This document shows, in pieces, positions 1 through 8,900 of a DNA stretch of 64,000 nt (position 1 is its first letter; every line of letters begins with the position of its first letter). The notes beneath the pieces were generated by a model. It saw nothing but the letters and a program-made list of their open reading frames with translations. It did no database searches and was not told the DNA's origin. The position numbers and the translations under genes were made by a program. Origin of the DNA: Thermoanaerobaculia bacterium (GTDB taxonomy: Bacteria > Acidobacteriota > Thermoanaerobaculia > UBA5066); the NCBI GenBank assembly GCA_048500275.1, contig JASNYI010000001.1, positions 484,341 to 548,340 of the forward strand, given 5' to 3'.

Positions 1-430
1 GCAGCGTCATCAGGTGGCGGCCGTACGAGCGAAAGCCCAGCCGGGCATAGAGGCGGGCGGCGTCGGCGTTCGAGTCCTCCGTCTCGAGGTGAAGGGCGTT
101 CACCCCGAGCCCCCTGCAGACTTCCGCGGCGTGCCGCACGAGGAGCGATCCGAGGCCCATCGACCGGGCGGCCGGCTGGAGGAACAGCTCGTCGACGAAC
201 GCCGTGCGCCCGTCGTACTCCAGGCTGAAGGAGAAGGCGACGACCGCGTAGCCGAGGGGAGCCCCGTCGAAGGAGACGACGAAGACGCGCCCGAGCGCCG
301 GATCCGCGATCAGCCGCCCGAGGGCGAGGCTCTTCCTCTCCTCGGAGAACGGGTAGCCGAAGAGGAGGTAGAACTCCCTCACGAGGGGAAGGAGGACCGC
401 GATGTCGGAGGGAGAGGCGTCCCGGATCAT
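1..430 (-). CDS. GNAT family N-acetyltransferase (partial; C-terminus lies beyond the window start)
   Basis: Reverse-complement translation from the ATG at 428-430 gives MIRDASPSDIAVLLPLVREFY...GYAVVAFSFSLEYDGRTAFVDELFLQPAARSMGLGSLLVRHAAEVCRGLGVNALHLETEDSNADAARLYARLGFRSYGRH. The Q/R-x-x-G-x-G/A acetyl-CoA-binding motif is present. The ORF track lists only the antisense frame 14..445. Confidence 0.7.
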   Translation of the reverse strand, partial: MIRDASPSDIAVLLPLVREFYLLFGYPFSEERKSLALGRLIADPALGRVFVVSFDGAPLGYAVVAFSFSLEYDGRTAFVDELFLQPAARSMGLGSLLVRHAAEVCRGLGVNALHLETEDSNADAARLYARLGFRSYGRHLMTL

Positions 431-458
431 GGGGTCAGGTCTTGATTTTATATTATAG
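431..458 (+). repeat. AT-rich 28-bp intergenic repeat, copy 1 (GGGGTCAGGTCTTGATTTTATATTATAG)
   Basis: It matches 24500-24527 almost exactly and matches the reverse complement of 30156-30183 and 33684-33711. It lies 16 bp downstream of the peptidase stop and abuts the GNAT start codon. Local GC is far below the roughly 70% genome background. Confidence 0.8.
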
Positions 459-473
459 CGGGCGCCGCGCCCG

Positions 474-2897
474 TCAATTCTTCTTCCCCTTCACCCAGGT
501 CTCGAGCCACTGGCCCGTCTCCCAGAGCATGTGGAGGATGTTCTCCCGCGCCGCGTAGCCGTGGCTCTCGTAGGGGAGGAGCACGAGGCGCGACCGGCCT
601 CCCAGGCCCTGGATCGCCTCGAAGAGGCGCTCGCTCTGGAGCGTGAAGGTCCCCGGGTTGTTGTCCGCCTCGCCGTGGATCATCAGCAGCGGTTCGTTGA
701 TGCGGTCGGCGTAGTCGAACGGCGACACGCGCGAGTAGGTCTCCCGGGCCTGCCAGTAGGTCCTCTCCTCGGCCTGGAAGCCGAAAGGGGTGAGGGAACG
801 GTTGTAGGCCCCCGACCGGGCGATCCCCGCGGCGAAGAGGTCCGAGTGGGCGAGGAGGTTGGCGGTCATGAACGCCCCGTAGGAATGCCCCGTGGCCGCG
901 CACCGCTTCGGGTCGACGATCCCCTCGGCGTCGAGGGCGTCGATCGCCGCCTTCGCGTTCGCGACGAGCTGCTCCACGAAGGTGTCGTTGGGTTCCCTGC
1001 TCCCCTCGCCGACGATCGGGAACTGCGCGTTCTGGAGCACGGCGTACCCGAGCAGCGTCCAGAAGACGGGCGAGCCCCAGGACGGCCGGACGAAGGCGTG
1101 CGGCGACGAGTCGACCATGCCCGCGGCCGACTTGTCCTTGTACTCGGTCGGGTACGCCTCGAGGAGGAGAGGCAGGCGGCCGTCCTTTGCGGCGTCGTAG
1201 CCGGGGGGGAGGTGCAGGTCGCCCGCGAGGTCGACCCCGTCGGCCCGCTTGTAGCGGACCTTGCGCGTCTGGACCGCCTCGAGAGCCTTGAAGGGGTTCT
1301 CGAACGACGTGACCGGCCGCGGTGCGATACGGGCCTTCACGTTGCGCACCTGGAAGTTCGGGAACTGCTTCGACCCCTCGACCCGCGTCAGGAGGACTCC
1401 GCGCTCGGCGTCGAGGACGCGGACGATCCGCTCGTACGTGGAGACCCCGTCCGCGCGCCAGAGGCGCGTCGTCTTCCCGGTGGCGATCTCCCAGGTATCG
1501 AGGAACGGGCGGTTCCCCTCCGGCGAGTAGCCCTCGCCCGCGAGCCAGAGCCGCTTGCCGTCGCGGCTGCGCTTGAGCACCTCTCGGCCCCGTGCGTCCG
1601 GACCCGTGACGAAGCCGCCCGGCTGGGCGTAGAGGTTCTCGGTCGACAGGTCGAACAGCACCTTCGGCTCGGCGTCGCCGGCCGCGGCGTTCGCGAGGTA
1701 GGTCTTCTGGTTGCGGTCCTTCCAGCGGAAGTCCGAGATCACGGCCATCCCGCCCTCGCCCCAGGTGACGTCCTGGAAGCGGTTGCGGGTCTTCGCGAAG
1801 GGTTTCGGGCTGCCGTCGAACGGGGCCTCCAGCAGGAACAGCCGATCGCGGAACGGGACGTCTCTCGCGGGGTCGCCGCCGTCCTCGGCCTCGGCGAAGA
1901 AGAGGGTCGCCGGGGCGTCGTCGCGCCAGTCGAAGCGCCTGCGGCCCGCTTCCGTCGAGTCGAACGCGACCGGGATCGCGTCCTGCACGGGCTTCTCGAC
2001 GAGCGTCGCGACGCTCTTCCCCGCGGCGTCGAAGACCTCGGTCCGGTAGGCGAACCGGCTGACCGGGAAGCGGTACGAGAAGGGCGGCAGGACCGTCGTC
2101 ACGAGGAGGAAGCTCCCGTCGGGGGACGGGCGCACGGCGCGGCGGATCGCGGGAGGGAGGACGGCCTTGCTCGTCCCGTCGAGCGCGAAGCGGCGGACCT
2201 CCGTCGTCGCGTAGTGGGAGAAGGTCCGCTCGTCGGCCTCGTTCTTCAGGAGATCCTGGTACGTCCGCGCGGGGGCCTTGCGGCCGGTCGCTTCCTTGAC
2301 GACGGGGCCCGTGGGGAGGACGACCGGCGGCACGAAGGGCCCGAGCGAGGGACGGACGTGGACGAGGAGACCCGATTCGTCAGGGAGCCACTGGTACGGG
2401 AAGTCGAGGACGGCCGAGACGCTCGGCGGCGTGACCTTCGAGGCCCGCGCCGCCGCGAGGTCGACGACCCAGACCGAGAGCCCGTCCGGGTCGCACTGGA
2501 CGAACGAGTAGTAGGTCCCCTTCGGCGAGAAGCGGGTCCACTGGATCTTCGGCGTCGCCGGCAATCCCTCGACCGCGACGCGCTTTCCGGACGCGATCTC
2601 CTGGACGGCGATCCCCGTCGTGAGGTTGACCCGTGCGCGATTGTGGTTCTTCGGGTTGATTCGCAGCCCCGCGAGCCTCAGCTCGGGCTCGGAGAGCTCC
2701 TCCAGCGACTTGTAGCCCGGGAGGTCGAGAAGAACGAGGCGGGTCCCCGCCGGGTCCACGACGACGGCCGGCGGCAGCGGTGCGTCGACGAGCTTGCGGA
2801 TCTCCTCCGGCGGCGTGCGGAACGGGACGTTCTCCTGGGCCGTGGCGGCGAGGGAGGCGACGACGAGGAGGATCAGGACGAGGCAGCGGCGCAGCAT
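474..2897 (-). CDS. S9 family serine peptidase (prolyl oligopeptidase / dipeptidyl-peptidase-like), secreted
   Basis: The C-terminal 807 aa of ORF 474..4844(-) start at MLRRCLVLILLVVASLAATAQ, a signal peptide. The catalytic serine lies in ATGHSYGAFM, with downstream MIHGEADNNP and LPYESHGYAARENILH (Asp/His). An N-terminal beta-propeller-like region is present. The upstream part of the long ORF is R/G/P-rich junk. Confidence 0.85.
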   Translation of the reverse strand: MLRRCLVLILLVVASLAATAQENVPFRTPPEEIRKLVDAPLPPAVVVDPAGTRLVLLDLPGYKSLEELSEPELRLAGLRINPKNHNRARVNLTTGIAVQEIASGKRVAVEGLPATPKIQWTRFSPKGTYYSFVQCDPDGLSVWVVDLAAARASKVTPPSVSAVLDFPYQWLPDESGLLVHVRPSLGPFVPPVVLPTGPVVKEATGRKAPARTYQDLLKNEADERTFSHYATTEVRRFALDGTSKAVLPPAIRRAVRPSPDGSFLLVTTVLPPFSYRFPVSRFAYRTEVFDAAGKSVATLVEKPVQDAIPVAFDSTEAGRRRFDWRDDAPATLFFAEAEDGGDPARDVPFRDRLFLLEAPFDGSPKPFAKTRNRFQDVTWGEGGMAVISDFRWKDRNQKTYLANAAAGDAEPKVLFDLSTENLYAQPGGFVTGPDARGREVLKRSRDGKRLWLAGEGYSPEGNRPFLDTWEIATGKTTRLWRADGVSTYERIVRVLDAERGVLLTRVEGSKQFPNFQVRNVKARIAPRPVTSFENPFKALEAVQTRKVRYKRADGVDLAGDLHLPPGYDAAKDGRLPLLLEAYPTEYKDKSAAGMVDSSPHAFVRPSWGSPVFWTLLGYAVLQNAQFPIVGEGSREPNDTFVEQLVANAKAAIDALDAEGIVDPKRCAATGHSYGAFMTANLLAHSDLFAAGIARSGAYNRSLTPFGFQAEERTYWQARETYSRVSPFDYADRINEPLLMIHGEADNNPGTFTLQSERLFEAIQGLGGRSRLVLLPYESHGYAARENILHMLWETGQWLETWVKGKKN

Positions 2898-2971
2898 GAC
2901 CGGGAGGCTACCGCATCCCGGCCCCGCGGTCGGGCGCGGCGGGGACCGCCGCACCGATCCCGCCGCGTCCC

Positions 2972-5900
2972 TCAGGCGTCTCCGAGGAGCCACCTTCCCA
3001 GCTCCGCCAGCCAAGCGCCTTCGGGGCTCCCGTCCGCCTCCAGCTCCGCCGCGCTCGTCGCCGCGAGGAGCCTCGCGACGTCCGGTCCCGGCGAGCCGAG
3101 CCCGGCCAGAACCTCGCGCAGCGTCGCGTGCTCGTGCGAGACGCCCCGCGCCTCCTGCCACGCGCCGACGCGGGCCGCGAGGACGGGGTCGCCGGGAAGC
3201 GGCTCCTCGCGCTCGTTCGGGACGCCGAGGCCGTTGATCGCCTCGAGGACCCGCTCCTTCCGCGCCCCGTAGTGAAGGCCCGAGAGGTCCCCGGGCAGAA
3301 AGGGGCGGCCGAGGTGGACGTCCTGCCGGCCGAGGCCGAGAGGGAACTCCAGGCGTTTCGCCGCAGGCTCGACGGGAAGGCCGCCGGTGAAGCGGACGGG
3401 GACGATCGGCGCGCCCGACTGGAGCGCCATGTCGATGAACGCGCCGCTCATCTTCTCGACCCGCGTTCGGCAGGAGAGGGAGCGCGTCCCCTCGACGTGG
3501 ACGAGGACCGACCGGCCCGGGCCGGCCATCTCGGCGGCAAGCTCCGAGATGACGCGCGGCAGGCTCGAGCGGTCCTCCCGGTCGAAGAAGGTCATCAGGA
3601 GCGGGTCGCGGACGCCGGGGTAGGAGAAGGAATGCCGGATGAGGCGGCCGAGCCAGGTCGTCCGATGCTCGATCTTGGCGAGCGTCACGGTGGGGACCTC
3701 GTTGAGCGCGGACGCCACGATCGAGAAGAGGAGCGACTCCACGCCGGTCTGGTGGTTCGCGAGGTAGACGACGCTCCTGCCGCGCAGCGCTTCGTGCGCT
3801 TCGGGCGCCTCGACGACGACACGGCGAAGGAACCGCTCGACGAGCCCGTAGTAGAGGTCCTCGACCGGCCACGGACCCCGGCCGAACCAGCGCGTCCAGA
3901 ACGCGCGGACGGGCGACGCGTCGACGCGTCCCCACGGGTCGCCCGAGACGCGCACCCCGGCGTCCTCGCGCGACACGGCGAGGTCGAAGCGGGTGAGGGG
4001 GAGCTGCGAGAGGACGCGGCCAGGGTGGAGCCCGTGCACGGCTGCGACGTGCTCGCGGAGAGCGACGTCCTCGGTGAGGCGGGAGCCGTAGATACGCTCG
4101 ACCGTCCCGGGGAGCCAGTCGCTGGCGGCGACCTCTCCGTCGGTGAGGAGGGTGTCGCCGCCCTCGACGCGCGAGAGGCGCAGGCCGGGAACCGGCGCGC
4201 GGTCCGCGAGGAACGCCCTCCGGAGCGACGGCGCGACGGAGCCGATCGGCCCCTTCGGGAAGCAGGCCTCGACGAGGCGCATCTGACACCAGGCGCCTTC
4301 TTCGCCGACAAGCTGGATGCGGAAGACCGGGTGGTCGGGAGTCGCGAGGAACGGGCGGAGGCGTACCTCGCACCGAACGGTGCCGGAGGCGGGCGCCGGG
4401 CCGAAGAAGTCGATCTCGGGGATGAGGGCCGGGTAGGCGACTTTGCCGGGGTCGTAGGCCGCATCCCACGTGTGGAGCGCGTCGTGCGGGATGCCGTGCG
4501 TGGCGCCGTCGAGGAGCGCGGGGTTGAGCAGCCCCGCCGGAACGCCCGACGCGGCCGAGAGAACGCTCGACGACGCGCCCGGGCCCGTCACCAGCCGCTC
4601 GAGGACCTGGAAGGCGGGGCCGTGGAAGAGCGCGCCGCTCTCGTACGGAAGGGGCGCGGTCTCGCCCTCGGCCGACGGCCAGGGCGCGGGCCGCTCCGGC
4701 CAGGCTCCGTGGAGAACGCGCGCGGTCGCGACGACCCGGTCCGCTCCCGCGGGCCCGCCGCCGCCGTCCGCGGGAGCGGAGAGGAGGCGCGTCGTCGGCC
4801 CCGCGCTCTCGGCCCGAAACCGCTGCGGCCCGTTCGCGAGGCACCAGCCGTTCACGCGCACGTCGCGCAGGCCGATCACCGGCCCGGCGCCGTCCGAACC
4901 GCGCGCGAGGAGGTCGACGAGGACCATCATCGGCAGGGCCGGAACCGTGTAGGTGGGGCAGTGGTCGCGCATCCAGGCCTCGCGCGAAGGGTCGAGGAGG
5001 AGGCCGGCGCCGCGCAGGTCCGCGTCGGCGGAAAAAGCGGGCGAGCCGGCAGCGGACTCACGGGGGTCGCGGCCAGACCGGGGCGCGCAGGAATCGTAAC
5101 GGTCCAGCGTCGCACCGCGCTCGCCGGCAGCCCCCGCGTCGGCCGGCGCCCCCGGGTCTCCCGCGACGATTCTCATCCCGAGCCCCTGCGCCTCGTAGAT
5201 CCGCTGCCCGTTGGCCCAGAGGCTCGCATTCGCGACGGCCCAGACGCCGCGGTCGTCGCGCCCCTGCCCCGTCAGCTCGAGCGTCGTGTGGACGGTGCGG
5301 TGGTGCGGCAGGACCTGGCCTCGGTACTTCCACTTCAGCTCGCGGCCGACCTCGAGCGGCTCGAAGCGGGGCCGCGGGATCCCGTCGTCCATCCGCGTCT
5401 CGAGCATGAAGGCCTGGAGTGTCTGGATCATCGCCTCGATGCCGAGCGAGCCGGGCTGGACGGGATCCTGGAAGAAGTGGGCCTTGAAGAACCACTCGCC
5501 CGGGTCGACGTCCTTCACGGCGCGTATCTGCCCGAGGCTGGCCGCGCCCGCGCCGGGCCAGAAGCCGTCGACGCGGTCGATCATCAGGAGCATCGGCCCA
5601 GCGAGCCGGGGGCGGTCCGAGGAGAAGAAGGCTGCGGGGCGGGAGGCGAAGTCGACGAGGGTGTTGCCCGGACGCGCGAGCAGGTCGCTCTCCGCCTCGC
5701 GCGCCGGCAGCCCCGCCTGGCTCGCGAGCGAGGCCGCGGCGAAGAAGCCGAAGACGGTCTCGAGCCGGTAGACCGGCCGGCCGTCCTGGGAGCATTCGAC
5801 CGCGAACGACACGATGATGGTGGAGCCGCTCGCGGCGATCGACTTCAGCTCGACGCGCGTGACGAGGGGGCCGCCCCCCGGCCTCACTTCGCCGAGGAGG

Positions 5901-8900
5901 GTTCCGGCCCCGTCGAGGTTCCGGAAGCCCAGCTCGCCCTCCACGCTGAGGGCGCAGCCGGCCCAGCTCGAGAGCCAGCCGCAAGGCTGTAGCGCGGCCT
6001 CGAGGAGGACGGCAAACGGCATCGTCCGCGCGCCGTTCTCGCCGAAGTACCAGGCGTCGTCGGGAACGTCGTACTCGACGACGGCGCGGGCGCCCGGCTT
6101 CATCCCCCCCATCTCGCCCTGCACCTCCACGACGCGCGACATGAAGAGGTACGGCGGGCCCGGCAGGCGGGCGACGCGCGTCGGCCCGTCGAAGCGCGCG
6201 TACATCGGGCCGAACGCGCGGGACGGCCGCCCCCAGGCGCAGGCGAGGAGGCTCGCCTCGTCGAACCGGACGCCGTCCGCCTCCGCGACCGGGCGAACGT
6301 CGGCCCTCGCCGCCGCGACGAGCGCCGGCATCGCCTCGAGGGGCCAGTCGGGGACGAGCTGCAGGGCGACGCGACGCGCGTGGAACGCCTTGAGGCCGTC
6401 CACGGTGCAGAGGAGGTCGGCGTAGAGCGTGGGGACGGGGCCGGCGACGACCTCCTCCACGAAGACCTCGGTCACGAGGAGGCGCGAGGCCGGCGTCACC
6501 TGGCCCCGGCACTGGAGCTGGTACGGCAGCTCGGGTTCCGGCTGGAACCGCCAGCCATCGCGCGCGAGGGTGAATCCCATCGCCGCGAGGTGGAACGCCA
6601 TGGCCTGGAGGCACCCCTCGAACATCAGCGTCCCCGGCATGCAGGGGTCGTTCTTGAAGTGCCCCTCGAAGAACCACCGGTCGGGGCGCACGTCCAGCTC
6701 GGCGCGGAGGTATCCCCGGCCCCAGGGGCCGCCCGCGGCCTCGAACGCGGTCACGCGGTCGAGGAGGAGCATCCTCCCTTCCTGGATGCGCGGGCTCTGC
6801 GTGTGGGTCTGAGCGAGCTCGAAGCCCGGCCCGAAGCAGCCGAACGCGTCGCCGCGCGCGAGGGCCTCGAGGTCGGCGCGCTCGAAGCGCGAGCGCGTGC
6901 ACGCGACGGCCGGAGGGTCGAGCCGGGGGCTCTCGACGATCGCCTGCTCCTCCGGGCGCCAGAGGCAGCCCGCCGACGCCGCGAGCTCGGCGTCGGTGAA
7001 GAAGCCGGCCTGCCCCTTCCTGACCGTGAGCTGGGGGCGGCCGCCCTTCAGGCAGTCGTAGTGGAAGAACATGAGCCTCACGTCGCCCTGCGCCGCGTGG
7101 CCGTCGAGGTGGATGTCGAACGCGATCGTCTCCCCCGCGCGCGGGAGGTCTCCGTGGTAGGTGAGCTCGCAGCCGAGGAGCCGGTAGACCCGCTCGCCCC
7201 GGTTGAGGAGGTCGACGCCGAGGTACGAGATGAGCATCAGGTCGGCCTGCCCCGCCTCGATGAGGACGCCCGGCGGCATCCGGCCCTGGTGGAGGTACCA
7301 GGAGTCCTCCCTCACGTCGGTCTCCGTCCGGATCGACCCCTTCCCCATGCTCGCGGGCTCCGCGTCGAGGCCCGTGACCCTGTCCGCGAGGAGGAGCGGC
7401 GGCAGCGGCATCCGCACCTGCCGCTCGTAGCCGTCCTGCGCGGCGAATCGGGGGCCGAAGATCTCGGAGATGCGGCCTCCGGCGTGGATCTCGAGCTCGC
7501 GCCTGTCGAAGGCCGGGCCGACGGGCGCGCGCGGGACCTCCTCGGGACGGGCGGGCGGTGCGTCGATCCGCTCCGTCGGAGCGGCGTCGCGCGCAGGCGT
7601 CGCGACCGGGATCGGCGCGGGCGGCGGCGTGGGCGCCGCCTGGGCCAACGCGGCGGAGACCGGCGCGGGAGGCGGATGAGGAGGCGCCGGGGCCGACACC
7701 GCGCCGCTCGTCGCCTGGAGGAGCGACCCCTCGGCGGCCTGCATCATCGACAGGAAGCGTTCGTGCAACGCCTGTTGCGAGAGGACGAAGTCCTGGTGAA
7801 GGCGCGCGACCTGGCCCACGTGCGCCTGGAAGCCCGCGAGGACGGGCGTCGCTTCGAGAGCCGTGCCTGCCGGAAGCGCGGGCGAGGCCGCGGGCGGCGC
7901 CACGAACGGGAACCCGGTCGCGACCGGCGGCGGCGGGAGAAACGGCCTCGCCGCGGCCGGGGACGCGGGGAAGAGGGCCGCCTCGAGCCGCCGGGGGCTC
8001 CAGTCCTCGTCGAGGACCGGCGGGAGCGGCGGCGCGGGCGCCATCCTGTGAGGCATCGCGAGTCCTTCCGTCGAAGCGCCCGGCTCCACGGGCGGAATCG
8101 CGACCGCCGGCAGGTGCGCCGGGAACGACAGGGCACGGGCGGGCCTCGGCGATCGCGCCGCCTCGGGCAGGAGGGCCGCGAGCGCCTCGTGGCGCACCGG
8201 GAGGCCCGCGGCAAGGAGCGCCGCGACCGCGTCGAGCGTGGCCTCGATTCCGCCCCCCTTCCGGTCGAGGCTCACGACGAGGGCCTCCCGGTCGCCGAGG
8301 ACGCCCCGGAGAAATCGGCCGCAGACGCCCCTGGGGCCGTGCTCCACGAAGACCCGCACCCCGTCCTCCCACGCGGCGAGGACGGCGGGGCGTACGTCGA
8401 GGGTCCGGTCGGCCTGGCCGAGGATCGCTTCCGCGCACGCCTCGCGCGACGGCTCGTACGCGCCGCCCAGCGCATTCGAGTAGAGGCGCGCCCCCGTCGG
8501 CGGTGTGGTGGCGCGCCGGTGGAGGGCGAGCCACTCCTCCCGGACCTCGCCCAGCTCGGGGACGTGGACGGCGAGCGGGTAGCCGAGAGGCAGGCACCGG
8601 TCCCTCCCGAGACGCTCGACGAGCGCGTCGCACGCCGCCGCGTCCCCCGCGACGACGCAATCCGCGTCACCGTGAACGGCCGCGAGGTGAACCCGCTCGA
8701 GCGACGAAAGCACGGCCTCGACCTCTGTCACCGGCGCGAGGACGGCCCAGCTCGCCCAGCGGACGGGTCGGCCCCAGCGCCGCGCGACGGCGTCGAAGGA
8801 GCCCCCCAGCTCGCGCGTGAAGAGTCCCGACGCCTCGCTCTCGTGAACGAGCGCGTCGACGTCGGTCCAGGTGCCGGAGGCGATGAGGGCGTTCGTCTCG

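Noticed and set aside
431-458. A tiny ORF within the repeat (ATGGGGTCAGGTCTTGATTTT… giving MGSGLDF(L/I)…).
   Set aside because: The 'GSGLDFL' strings in several tracked ORFs are just the repeat read in one frame. Copy 2 lacks the ATG, and no conserved stop or Shine-Dalgarno is present. A peptide-coding function is unlikely.
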